A stretch of 59,753 nucleotides of DNA from an uncultured Desulfobacteraceae bacterium (lineage in GTDB: Bacteria; Desulfobacterota; Desulfobacteria; Desulfobacterales; JAABSP01): NCBI GenBank assembly GCA_964652715.1, contig CAZZBE010000001.1, forward strand, positions 1 through 59,753. Direction: 5' to 3'. Shown piece by piece: positions 1 through 8,334 of this stretch. Under the pieces are notes generated by a model. The model saw only the letters and a program-made list of their open reading frames with translations, did not search any database and was not told the origin of the DNA. Each line of letters starts with the position of its first letter. The first letter of the stretch is position 1. The position numbers and the translations under genes are program-made.

Positions 1-2
1 TC

Positions 3-179
3 GTGGAATCGGAAGTGGCGGAAAAGAACAAGGCGTTCGCCTCCTTCGAGACCATCAAAAAGGTGGTCGTGGTTCCCGAATTCACCATCGCCAACGCCAT
101 GATGACCCCCACCATGAAGCTCAAGAAGGGGACGATCCAGGAAGCCTACAAGGACGAGATCGCGGCCCTTTACGAGTGA
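3..179 (+). CDS. C-terminal end of an AMP-forming (long-chain) acyl-CoA synthetase, partial at window edge
   Basis: Open frame 3 runs off the 5' edge to TGA at 177-179. Translation ...FETIKKVVVVPEFTIANAMMTPTMKLKKGTIQEAYKDEIAALYE resembles the conserved tail (TPT-x-K-x-K) of acyl-CoA ligases. Confidence 0.55.
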   Translation: MESEVAEKNKAFASFETIKKVVVVPEFTIANAMMTPTMKLKKGTIQEAYKDEIAALYE

Positions 180-207
180 GAGAACGGCGGCCGGCCGACG
201 GGCGCGG

Positions 208-540
208 CTACCGCTTCCAGCCGCCCATGAGGTGGAGATGGAGGTGGAAGATCACCTGTCCTCCGCCTTTTTCCACGTTGAACAGGAGCTTATAGCCCGA
301 TTGATCGACGCCCTCCTTTTTGGCCATCTCCCCGGCCGCCATGAAAAGGTCGCCGAGGATGGACCGGTCGTCGTCGGTCAGGTCGTTGACGCTCCGGATA
401 TGCCGCCTGGGAACCAGCAGCAGGTGGACGGGCGCATGGGGCTTGATGTCCCGGAACACCACGAGCTTGTCGTCCTCGTAGAGAAATTCGGTGTCCGTCT
501 TGCCCTGGGCGATGTTGCAGAATAGACAGTCCTGGGTCAT
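208..540 (-). CDS. HIT-family (histidine triad) nucleotide hydrolase
   Basis: 110-aa ORF with the histidine-triad signature HLHLHLMGG near the C-terminus. The N-terminal CLFC and the size are typical of the family. Confidence 0.9.
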   Translation of the reverse strand: MTQDCLFCNIAQGKTDTEFLYEDDKLVVFRDIKPHAPVHLLLVPRRHIRSVNDLTDDDRSILGDLFMAAGEMAKKEGVDQSGYKLLFNVEKGGGQVIFHLHLHLMGGWKR

Positions 541-638
541 GGGCGCCTCCCTGGAAGGTTGGGCCCGGGGCGGGGTTGGGGACCCTCCCCGGGCCGTGGG
601 ATGCCATAAAAAAAGGTTAGCCGGGAGGGCTAACCTTT

Positions 639-783
639 AGAGCCTGTCCGAAAACCGCACCTTTTGGCCCCATGCGGCGTTCTCGCCCTTTTTCAATCCT
701 CGAAATAGTCACACTATTCCTCCGGTTGAAAAAGGGCTGCGGCCTTGCCTGGAACCAAAATTTACGGTTTTCGGACAGGCTCT
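639..783. repeat. 145-nt three-tier nested palindrome (possible structured RNA or MITE-like element)
   Basis: Outer arms 639-657 and 765-783 are 19/19 complementary (agagcctgtccgaaaaccg). Middle arms 685-696 and 726-737 are 12/12 (gccctttttcaa). The inner hairpin is aatagt-cac-actatt at 704-718. The two 27-nt segments between tiers are about half complementary. Confidence 0.9.
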
Positions 784-794
784 TAGTCTTCGAT

Positions 795-870
795 TGGTGG
801 AGCTGAGGGGGATCGAACCCCTGACCTCATGACTGCCAGTCATGCGCTCTCCCAGCTGAGCTACAGCCCC
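795..870 (-). tRNA. tRNA-Ala (anticodon GGC), CCA encoded
   Basis: The reverse complement GGGGCTGTAGCTCAGCTGGGAGAGCGCATGACTGGCAGTCATGAGGTCAGGGGTTCGATCCCCCTCAGCTCCACCA folds as a 76-nt cloverleaf. Anticodon loop is CTGGCAG, with GGC at positions 34-36. Confidence 0.95.
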
Positions 871-885
871 GTGTCAACAGAAGGC

Positions 886-914
886 TTTGTAGCAAAAGCG
901 GATGGGCCTGTCAA
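886..914 (-). promoter_or_regulatory. Candidate sigma70 promoter for tRNA-Ala
   Basis: On the minus strand: TTGACA (914-909), a 17-nt spacer, then TACAAA (891-886), about 15 nt upstream of the tRNA 5' end. Confidence 0.4.
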
Positions 915-1027
915 CAGGATTTTCATCTCAAATTATTCTCTTGAATTTTATCGTTCAAACGCATTATATAGGGCGGTGAATTCCGATATGTCGTCATATC
1001 GAACCCTATCCATGCGGAGAGCATAAC

Positions 1028-1927
1028 GTGTACAGAGAAAAAGAAAACGACGCCGACGCGTCCCACGAAGACGGCGGGGCGGGGACGATCGACCGGGAGG
1101 CCTATCACAAGGATTTCCAAACCCTGGAACTCTCCATCGATGCGTCGCCCGAAGAAGTGACCGAGGCCTACCGGCGGTTGAAGGAGGCCTATTCGCCCGA
1201 TCTGGTCTCCATGTCGTCGCCGGTGGGCTATGCCATCGAAAAAAAGCGCCGCCAGGACATGATCGGCCAGATCGAAGCCGCCTACCGGAGTCTCCAGCGG
1301 CTTTTCGAAAAGGAGGCGCCGGTCCGGTCGGAGGAGATCGCCGCCCGGGAGGACGAATCTCCCCCCGGGGAGGCGGTTCAGCCGGATGCGGTGGAGACCG
1401 GGCCCGTCGCCGGGGCCCCGGTGGCGGAAGCGGCGGCGGAAACCGACGCCATCCCCCGGGAGGAGACGCCGGAGGGCGCCGTGGAAACCGAAATCTCCTA
1501 CGGGGAGGCGATTCCGGAGGAGGTTGCGCCGGAAACCGCGCCGGACCCGACGCTGAAAGAGCCGGAGACCGAGGAGCGGCCCCTGGCGGACATCGCCGAT
1601 TTCAGCGGCCAGACCCTGAAGGATATCCGGGAAAAGCTGAAGGTCTCCCTGGAGGAGGTCTATGAGGAGACCAAGATCCGCATACCCACCCTCCAAAATC
1701 TGGAGACCGAAAATTTTCCGGACCTGCCCCCTGAAGTCTATGTCAAAGGGTTCGTGAAAAGCTATGCCCGGCGCCTCTCCCTGGACCCCGTCGCCACCGC
1801 CCGGGTCTACATGGAAAAATACCATGAATGGCAACGGCGAAAAGGGGGCAAAAAGCACCGACAGCAGCACCACGCGCCGTTTCGGTTCTCAAAGAAAAAA
1901 GGCGGAAAAGGGCAACTGGCGCTATAG
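1028..1927 (+). CDS. Protein with a degenerate J-like N-domain and a RodZ-like helix-turn-helix C-domain
   Basis: GTG start with GGAGAG 6 nt upstream. The N-terminal DFQTLELSIDASPEEVTEAYRRLKEAYSPD looks like a DnaJ J-domain but has SPD instead of HPD. An acidic/Pro-rich linker follows. The C-terminal LKDIREKLKVSLEEVYEETKIRIPTLQNLE...VYVKGFVKSYARRL resembles the RodZ/HTH_25 fold. Confidence 0.65.
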   Translation: MYREKENDADASHEDGGAGTIDREAYHKDFQTLELSIDASPEEVTEAYRRLKEAYSPDLVSMSSPVGYAIEKKRRQDMIGQIEAAYRSLQRLFEKEAPVRSEEIAAREDESPPGEAVQPDAVETGPVAGAPVAEAAAETDAIPREETPEGAVETEISYGEAIPEEVAPETAPDPTLKEPETEERPLADIADFSGQTLKDIREKLKVSLEEVYEETKIRIPTLQNLETENFPDLPPEVYVKGFVKSYARRLSLDPVATARVYMEKYHEWQRRKGGKKHRQQHHAPFRFSKKKGGKGQLAL

Positions 1928-2842
1928 GGATTCGGGGGTAAAGGCGACCACCTCGTCGATGGTTCCGGCGTCGGCCAGCAGCATCACCAGCCGGTCGACG
2001 CCCAATGCGTTGCCGCCGGCCGCCGGCATGTGGGCCAGGGCCTCCAGAAAGGGTTCCGGGCTGGGATACGGGGCGCGGCCGGCCCGGCGGCGAATGATCT
2101 CTTCCTTTTCGAACCGCTGGCGCTGCGCCGCCGGATCCGTTAGTTCGGTGAACGCGTTGCAGAGTTCCATGCCGGCGATGTAGAGTTCGAACCGTTCGGC
2201 CACCGTCGGGTCGTCGGCTCTTAATCGGGCCAGGGCCCCCGACGCCTCGGGGTAATCGTAGAGAAAGAGGGGCCGTTGAAACCCGAGACGGGGTTCGATC
2301 TCCAGGGCGATCACTTCGTCGAACCGGTCCGTTTCCAGGGATTTTTCCATGGTGACGGCGGCGTACCGTTCAAAGGCTTCCGCCACCCGCATCCGATCCC
2401 ACGGGCCTTCCAGGTCCACCTCGCGCCCGGCATAAGTGAGACGGGCCCCTTTGCCCGCGGCGTCGGCCGCGGATCGAATCATCGCTTCGGTCTCGTCCAT
2501 CATCCGGAAATAATCGCTCCCCGCCCGGTACCATTCCAGCAGGGTGAATTCGGTCAGATGGCGGCGGCCCCGCTCCTCCCGCCGGAAGCATTTGCAGATC
2601 TGGAAAATCCGTTCGCAACCCGCGGCCAGCAACCGCTTCATGCAGAGTTCCGGAGAGGTCTGGAGAAACCAACTTCCGGACGGGACGGCGTCGATATGGG
2701 CCTCGGGGGCCGGGGCCGGAATCCGGATGGGGGTTTCCACCTCCAGGTAGTCGCGGGCGGAGAAAAAGCCGCGGATGGCCGACAGGATGCGGGCCCGGAA
2801 ACGGAGGGTCTCCCGGGGGGATATGGCCTGTTGGGAAAACAA
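1922..2842 (-). CDS. epmA: Elongation factor P--(R)-beta-lysine ligase (class II LysRS paralogue, GenX/PoxA)
   Basis: 306 aa. Blocks IRGFFSARDYLEVETP, SPELCMKRLLAAGCERIFQICKCFRREERGRRHLTEFTLLEWY, AERFELYIAGMELCNAFTELTD and ALGVDRLVML match the EpmA/class II aaRS core. There is no anticodon-binding domain. Confidence 0.85.
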   Translation of the reverse strand: MFSQQAISPRETLRFRARILSAIRGFFSARDYLEVETPIRIPAPAPEAHIDAVPSGSWFLQTSPELCMKRLLAAGCERIFQICKCFRREERGRRHLTEFTLLEWYRAGSDYFRMMDETEAMIRSAADAAGKGARLTYAGREVDLEGPWDRMRVAEAFERYAAVTMEKSLETDRFDEVIALEIEPRLGFQRPLFLYDYPEASGALARLRADDPTVAERFELYIAGMELCNAFTELTDPAAQRQRFEKEEIIRRRAGRAPYPSPEPFLEALAHMPAAGGNALGVDRLVMLLADAGTIDEVVAFTPESL

Positions 2843-2855
2843 GGGGGGCGGACGG

Positions 2856-4196
2856 TTACAGCTTTTTGCTCAGGTATTTGTCCTCGGGACGATTTTGCAT
2901 GTAGGCGTAGCCGAACCGGGCCCCGTCCGCCGTTTCGTACCAGTGGCGTCCCTGGTCCCGGCAGGCGTCGCAGGCTTTCCGGGGGATATGCACCGCGAGA
3001 ATCCGGTTGCCCCGGTCCGACGAGGAGTCGATGCGGAGGGCGCCGCCGCAGTCCGAACAGATCCGGATCGTTTCCCCCTGCCGCTCCGTGATGCCGTCGG
3101 TGTCGTAGAAAATGGACCGGTCCCTTTCCATCACGTCTTTCCCCTCGCAAAGGTGATCCCGGACCTCGTCCCGGCGTGACCAGGCCAGCAGGATCTTTTC
3201 CCCGGTCTTTTCGATATAGCGGGTCACGTCTTTGCTCTGCCGGATCCGGCCCGGATCGTAATCGGGTTCCACCACGCCGCTGTAATCAAGGCCGGCCATG
3301 GCCATGATGATCCCCACATTGACGTAGGGCAGGGCGCCTTCGATGGCGTAGCCCCCTTCCAGAACGGCGATGTCCGGCTTCAGGATCGAGGTGAGTTTGG
3401 CGTATCCCTGGGCCGAAAAGTTCATGTTGGTGATGGGATCGGAGTAATGGTTGTCCTGGCCGGCGGAGTTGACGATCAGATCGGGCTTGAATTCTTCGAG
3501 AATGGGCATCACGATTTTTTCAGTGGCGTAGAGAAACCCGTCCTCGGAGGTGTTGGGGGGCAAGGGGATGTTGATGGTGCTTCCGGCGGCGTTGGGGCCG
3601 CCGAACTCGTTCATGAAGCCGGAGCCGGGATAAAGGGTGCGGCCGTCCTGGTGCATGGAGATGAACAGCGTGTCGGGATCATGCCAGTAGATGTCCTGGG
3701 TGCCGTCGCCATGGTGGCAGTCGGTGTCCACGATGGCCACCCGGTCGACGCCGTAGGCGGCCCGCAGAAATTCGATCATGACCGCCTCGATGTTGATGTT
3801 GCAAAAGCCCCGGGCCCCATGCACCACCCGCATGGCGTGATGTCCCGGCGGCCGGACCAGGGCGAACCCGCGTTCGATCCGCTTTTCCATCAGGGCCATG
3901 CCCACGGTTTTGGCCCCGCCCGCGCTGATGAAGTGGGATTCGGTGGCCGCCTCCCAGACGTCGGGCACGCAGAAATGGACCCGCTGAATGTCCTGGGCCC
4001 GGACCAGATCGGGTTTGAGTTCGGTGATGCCCTCGATATCGAAAAGCCCCTCCTCGAACACCTGGTCCTGGGTGTAGAGGAGCCGCTCCTCCCGCTCGGG
4101 GTGGGTCGGACTGATGGCCCAGTCGAAGGCCGGAAAAAAGACCAGACCGGTTTTATGGGCGGCTTGCAGCATGTCGGACTCCTGAATTTGCGTCAT
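2856..4196 (-). CDS. Histone deacetylase-family (arginase-fold) deacetylase with a C-terminal CxxC...CxxC zinc-ribbon-like tail
   Basis: 446 aa. HDAC motifs RPPGHHA, DTDCHHGDGTQ and EGGY are present. The C-terminal roughly 90 aa carries CSDCGG ... CDACRD. Confidence 0.85.
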   Translation of the reverse strand: MTQIQESDMLQAAHKTGLVFFPAFDWAISPTHPEREERLLYTQDQVFEEGLFDIEGITELKPDLVRAQDIQRVHFCVPDVWEAATESHFISAGGAKTVGMALMEKRIERGFALVRPPGHHAMRVVHGARGFCNINIEAVMIEFLRAAYGVDRVAIVDTDCHHGDGTQDIYWHDPDTLFISMHQDGRTLYPGSGFMNEFGGPNAAGSTINIPLPPNTSEDGFLYATEKIVMPILEEFKPDLIVNSAGQDNHYSDPITNMNFSAQGYAKLTSILKPDIAVLEGGYAIEGALPYVNVGIIMAMAGLDYSGVVEPDYDPGRIRQSKDVTRYIEKTGEKILLAWSRRDEVRDHLCEGKDVMERDRSIFYDTDGITERQGETIRICSDCGGALRIDSSSDRGNRILAVHIPRKACDACRDQGRHWYETADGARFGYAYMQNRPEDKYLSKKL

Positions 4197-4283
4197 CTGA
4201 TCGGGAGGGCCTTGAACACCCCCGGGCGCCGCATTAATATTACCCAGGATCGCAACTGAAAGTCAATATAAGGAGGTTTTTCG

Positions 4284-4478
4284 TTGGGTAAGATCATCAC
4301 CACAATTGTTCTCGTCGCGGCCATCGCCTTCGGGCTTCATTATTTTAATGTGGTTTACATCCCGTGGTTCGATTTTTCGGGCGGACCGGAGGTGAAATCC
4401 CCCCAATCGGTGGAAAGGGTCGTCGGCGGCAAAGACGCCACGCGAAAAGCGGCCGACGAGGCCCTGGGGGATAAATAG
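4284..4478 (+). CDS. Small predicted membrane protein, unknown function
   Basis: 64-aa ORF with a TTG start preceded by AAGGAGG. One hydrophobic helix (IITTIVLVAAIAFGLHYF). No recognisable family. Confidence 0.45.
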   Translation: MGKIITTIVLVAAIAFGLHYFNVVYIPWFDFSGGPEVKSPQSVERVVGGKDATRKAADEALGDK

Positions 4479-4526
4479 CCTATGCCCGACCGCTGATCCG
4501 TCGGGAACCGCTGATCCTTCGATTCG

Positions 4527-5600
4527 TCAGTTGACGGAGTAGATGAGCACGGGCCAGAACTCGTCCACCTTGTCCGGAAACTGAACGCTCAGTTTCAGCA
4601 CGCCGGGAGTGGGGCGGATCGTTCCTCTGTAGCGGTCCCCCCCGGACCTTTCCAGATCCTGCCATCGTCCCTCGTTGTACAGCGTGGCCCCGGAAATGCC
4701 CTCCGCATCCAGGGAAAACGAATAGGACGCGCCGCTTTCCAGGCGGCCGCTCAGGGGGGCTTCTTCGACGCGCATATCCAGATTTTCGTATTCGTAGGCT
4801 TCGGGAAATTCGCTGAAGTTCTTTCGTTTCATCTGCGCTCTCAAATCCTCTCCGGGGATGCCGATATTGTAAAAGGCCCGCAGGAGGGGACGCCCCGGAT
4901 AGGTCTGGGCTTCAAAGTCCGCCAGTTTCATCTTTTTCCCGACCAGCTGCCAGTCCGGATCGGCGGGGAGGTGATCGAACAGAAAATAGGCCGGCGGGGT
5001 GAGGAAATAGATGGCGTCGAATTTTTTTACGAAGCGGCCGCCTTCGATGATCCCCGCCCCCCAGGTGGGATCCATCAATCGCCAGTCGCCGTCGATTTTT
5101 ACCGCGATCCACTCATGATTGACGCCGTCGAAGCGCTTTCCCGGGTAATAGGAGTGGCCTTTGCTGTATCCTCGAATCCGGCGCGCCTCCAGGCCGGACC
5201 GCCGGGCCAATTCATAAAAAAGAGACGCGTAACCGTCGCATAACCCTTTACGGGTTTTAAGCGTTTGTTCGGCCGCGGCCTGGCTGCTTCTCCCCGAGAA
5301 AACCTTCGGCTGCACATCATAGGCGATGTTGTCCCCGATCCATCGATAGATGGCCCGGGCCTTTTCCGCGTCGTTTCGGGCGGGTCGGACCAGGTAGGCG
5401 GCCAGCCGGCCCAGGGATTTTTCGACAGACGGCGGGGCCTCCAGGGCGTGGCGATCAATGGCGGCATAGATGCCGTCGTCCACCGCTACGGCCGCCGGAG
5501 TGGGCGGCGCCGGCGCCCCTTTATCGGGCGCGCCGGCGCACCCCGCTGTCAACACGCCGCACAAACATCCCAACCATACCCATTTCAATAGCGCCTTCAT
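4527..5600 (-). CDS. Transglutaminase-like cysteine-protease-fold lipoprotein
   Basis: Start trimmed to ATG 5600 (MKALLKWVWLGCLCGVLTAGC, a signal peptide plus lipobox). Transglutaminase core: KGLCDGYASLF (Cys), NHEWIAV (His), LMDPTWG (Asp). Confidence 0.8.
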   Translation of the reverse strand: MKALLKWVWLGCLCGVLTAGCAGAPDKGAPAPPTPAAVAVDDGIYAAIDRHALEAPPSVEKSLGRLAAYLVRPARNDAEKARAIYRWIGDNIAYDVQPKVFSGRSSQAAAEQTLKTRKGLCDGYASLFYELARRSGLEARRIRGYSKGHSYYPGKRFDGVNHEWIAVKIDGDWRLMDPTWGAGIIEGGRFVKKFDAIYFLTPPAYFLFDHLPADPDWQLVGKKMKLADFEAQTYPGRPLLRAFYNIGIPGEDLRAQMKRKNFSEFPEAYEYENLDMRVEEAPLSGRLESGASYSFSLDAEGISGATLYNEGRWQDLERSGGDRYRGTIRPTPGVLKLSVQFPDKVDEFWPVLIYSVN

Positions 5601-5605
5601 AACCC

Positions 5606-6247
5606 TTACTCCCGGAATACCAGTCGGCCGCCCATGAGGCCGGCGATGACGGCGAACAGTAACGTAACCAAATGGAGCAGCAGGAAGATCCAGCCGGCGC
5701 CGCCCCCGCTGCTGGCCGCATCGGGGGCGATGATCCACCACATCAGCAAAAACGCCGAAAGCCCCGTCACCAGCACGCCGCAAATGATTTTCGTGAAGAA
5801 CAGGTCGGTTCGGGCCCCTTTATATTTGTATCGCCAGTTCTTGTAGCCGGTATAAAGCACCGCGGGCATGGCCAGGAGGACGATGGCCAGGTTGCAGATG
5901 GCAGCCGTCTCCAGGGTCGGGCATCCAAAAAGAAGAGCGATCAGTACAAACAGGACGGCGATGGGCAAGACGCCGTTGGGAACGTGAACGGTCATGGGAT
6001 GGGCATGGTATTTGACGATCACTTCAGAGAGCTTGTCTTTTTTCCCTTCTGTCTTCGAGACCGGGGCGCCGGTTTCCCGGGATTCAGCCTCTCCGGATTC
6101 AGCCTCCCCGGGTTCCGCCTTTTTCGGTTCCCCTTCGTCCGGCAGTTCGATAAATTTGCTTTTATCCGCACCGCAGACCGGACATTTCTCGGGAGGTTCT
6201 TCCCCCTCATGGATGTAGCCGCATACGATGCATTTCCATTTCTTCAT
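5606..6247 (-). CDS. Rubredoxin-like zinc-ribbon domain fused to a DUF2231-type multi-helix membrane domain
   Basis: Start trimmed to ATG 6247 (GGGAGG RBS). The N-terminus [32 protein letters not shown] is rubredoxin-like (2x CxxC). An acidic linker and four hydrophobic helices follow. The stop is 5 nt from the transglutaminase gene start. Confidence 0.8.
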   Translation of the reverse strand: MKKWKCIVCGYIHEGEEPPEKCPVCGADKSKFIELPDEGEPKKAEPGEAESGEAESRETGAPVSKTEGKKDKLSEVIVKYHAHPMTVHVPNGVLPIAVLFVLIALLFGCPTLETAAICNLAIVLLAMPAVLYTGYKNWRYKYKGARTDLFFTKIICGVLVTGLSAFLLMWWIIAPDAASSGGGAGWIFLLLHLVTLLFAVIAGLMGGRLVFRE

Positions 6248-6540
6248 TCCGTTCCTCCCGATTCGTTCAAATAGTGGCGATTTCCGACGGGTACGGGGAT
6301 GAAGACAGCCCACTCCCCACCCTCTAATCGCGCAGAGGCGTAGAATTATCAAAGATGGAAAAAATTGACAATAAAAAATGAGGCGGTCGTGGATGCGGAA
6401 AAGATGTAATCGTGTCCGCCCATGCACCGTTGGGCGGTGGGTTTGGCGTTGGCCCTGTGCCTTTGGTTTTGGCGCCCTGTAAAAGTTTCTCCGGTTCTTA
6501 ATTGAGATGTTGGGAAAGCGGGGCGGCGGGAGGCTCGGCT

Positions 6541-6858
6541 TCAACTATGTTGACGGTCCTCCGAATCACCGACTACATCTTTGAGGATTTCGTAATACTG
6601 AGGCCCTGTCATGGGGCAGTCGACCATGTCGTTGAATTGGTCGGCGTTCAGTTTTAAATCCGAGGCGATATACTGGGATTTGCTGTTTTTCATTATTCGT
6701 TGGTGCCCGTTCGGGATTTTTACCTTGGCGACCAGTTTTTCCTCTAAATAAATGTATCCTTTTTCATGCTTGCTTCTTTTGGTCTGGCCTTTTCGAGGTT
6801 TTATTTTGTTGAGGGTCTGTTTTCGAATGTCCTTTTCTTTATAGTCTTTTATCGGCAT
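6541..6858 (-). CDS. Small basic protein, HicA-like (putative toxin) - tentative
   Basis: 105 aa in low-GC DNA, overlapping the upstream gene by 10 nt. A Lys/Arg-rich N-terminus is followed by [47 protein letters not shown]. That pattern resembles the HicA strand-strand-His-helix layout (..vP.H...i....l..Il..l.l....F). Confidence 0.5.
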   Translation of the reverse strand: MPIKDYKEKDIRKQTLNKIKPRKGQTKRSKHEKGYIYLEEKLVAKVKIPNGHQRIMKNSKSQYIASDLKLNADQFNDMVDCPMTGPQYYEILKDVVGDSEDRQHS

Positions 6859-7370
6859 TTCGATATCAGCTTATTGAGAGTTCGTTTCCATGCCTTTGGT
6901 TCTTCGCCAAGTTCGTCGTCATCCATGTCGTTCAGGTCGTCGTAGAGGTCGAGCAACTGCATCTTCAAATCGTTTACGGCTTCGATTTCGTTATCCCCTT
7001 CCCCGTGAAGCGCCAGATCAGGAAACAACGAAATGACTTCGTCATCGTAGATTTTGAGAATAACGGTTATGGGTTGTTTAAGATCGTACTCGCCGGCCGG
7101 TAGACTGAAAATTTGAACGCTGGCGATGGCAGGCTTGTTTTCGGTCTCATTTTTAAGGGCCGTTTTTAATTCATGGATGTCCCATGATAATGTATCTAAA
7201 GTTCTGGCTGCTTTGAGATTTCCAGCAGTTGAAGGCCACTCTTCACGCAGCCAGCGTTCAAACTGTTCTTCAGGTTCCATTGAGAGGGGCGTGGTATCGG
7301 GTTCTGTTGGGTCTTGAAATGACGATAGCGCCCGCTCATTGATAACATTGATATAATCTGTAGAAGCCAT
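6849..7370 (-). CDS. HicB-like (UPF0150-fold) protein with a novel N-terminal extension (putative antitoxin) - tentative
   Basis: 173 aa. The C-terminal ITVILKIYDDEVISLFPDLALHGEGDNEIEAVNDLKMQLLDLYDDL matches the HicB N-domain pattern (..a..Pdl.g..g.G.t.eEAl.n..e.i....e). There is no RHH/HTH DNA-binding tail. The gene lies 8 nt after the upstream gene. Confidence 0.5.
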   Translation of the reverse strand: MASTDYINVINERALSSFQDPTEPDTTPLSMEPEEQFERWLREEWPSTAGNLKAARTLDTLSWDIHELKTALKNETENKPAIASVQIFSLPAGEYDLKQPITVILKIYDDEVISLFPDLALHGEGDNEIEAVNDLKMQLLDLYDDLNDMDDDELGEEPKAWKRTLNKLISKCR

Positions 7371-7378
7371 TTGGTTGC

Positions 7379-8029
7379 CTATTGGTTGATCTTTTCGGAG
7401 ATATTTCTCGCAATATTTTCAGCATCATCCCATTCCTTCAAAAATGCCAAAATTGCGTCGCAAGCATTATCTTCTGAAATATTCTTATGAAAATTAAAGG
7501 AGAATTGGAGTTTCTCAATATCCGGTGTGCCTGGTGCTTTCAAGGTCAGAGGTTTAACATCCATTCGCATTCGGCTGTCCATTATATTTTTGCTGAAATA
7601 ACCCCCGAACCGCGCATCATCATCATCGAATTCGTCGCACCATTTTGATCCTGCGTGGCAGAAAAGCGACTTCCCCAACTTTCCGATGTCGCCGTCCTCC
7701 GGCGTCACATGATAGGTAAAATTCAATCCTGCCGCCGTATATGGCGTATGGGGCAATTCCTCTATAATTTTTCCCACTTTTGAAATCAGTAAATTCTTTG
7801 CTCCATCATATTCCGGAGATATGGAAAATTGAAGTCGATCCGGCAGAAGCGTTAGCCTGAATTGGTTGGATCTGATTTCTATATAGTTTGGAAGCGCTCT
7901 GCCGTCTTTCAGCTCTTCTTCTGTAAAAATATTGTTTTTATACAACCACACGCTGTTGATAAGCGTAAGATTGAATGGGTTCGCAATGATGACGGCATTG
8001 CGATCTGTAGTTTCAATGCAGTTGGCCAT
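7379..8029 (-). CDS. Hypothetical protein, no recognisable domain (first gene of the low-GC cassette)
   Basis: 216-aa ORF starting MANCIETTDRN. It contains an acidic cluster CDEFDDDDARFGGYF. No nucleotide-binding, nuclease or HTH motif that I can recognise. The codon usage is AT-rich, unlike the flanks. Confidence 0.6.
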   Translation of the reverse strand: MANCIETTDRNAVIIANPFNLTLINSVWLYKNNIFTEEELKDGRALPNYIEIRSNQFRLTLLPDRLQFSISPEYDGAKNLLISKVGKIIEELPHTPYTAAGLNFTYHVTPEDGDIGKLGKSLFCHAGSKWCDEFDDDDARFGGYFSKNIMDSRMRMDVKPLTLKAPGTPDIEKLQFSFNFHKNISEDNACDAILAFLKEWDDAENIARNISEKINQ

Positions 8030-8097
8030 GGCTCCCTATGTATGATGCGTACTGGTAGACATTCTATGACATTTTAACGACTGATGTTAGAAGGCTT

Positions 8098-8126
8098 CCT
8101 ATAATGGGCCGCACTGCTTTTGTCAA
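8098..8126 (-). promoter_or_regulatory. Candidate sigma70 promoter of the three-gene cassette
   Basis: On the minus strand: TTGACA (8126-8121), 17 nt, TATAGG (8103-8098), about 70 nt upstream of ATG 8029. Confidence 0.5.
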
Positions 8127-8334
8127 TAGCAAACGCTGAAATAGAGCGTGTCGAAATGGGACGGATAAAATAATGGGGCGATATCCAGCCGGAGGGTGTC
8201 CAAAGCCGCCGACAACTATCAGAGGACCAGGTAAGGCGAACAGCCGTCAGTCATACAGCGTATCCTGCGGCATAAGGTGAATTACGGAAATGAATATCCC
8301 AACAAGGCGAATTCAAGGGATCGTTCGCCGCCGG

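Noticed and set aside
4489-4518. Direct repeat accgctgatcc x2 with a small hairpin between the convergent 64-aa ORF and the transglutaminase gene.
   Set aside because: It is short and lies in a convergent gene-end spacer. It is most simply part of the terminators and is not distinctive enough to call.
4527-5783. N-terminal extensions of track ORFs. Examples: 4527-5783, 5606-6544, 26379-28010, 27380-29020, 39457-41172, 40626-41504, 17324-18658 and 45182-46129.
   Set aside because: The upstream parts read through neighbouring genes or intergenic DNA and are low-complexity. Internal starts give canonical N-termini (lipoprotein signal, rubredoxin [24 protein letters not shown] and others), with an RBS or coupling overlaps.
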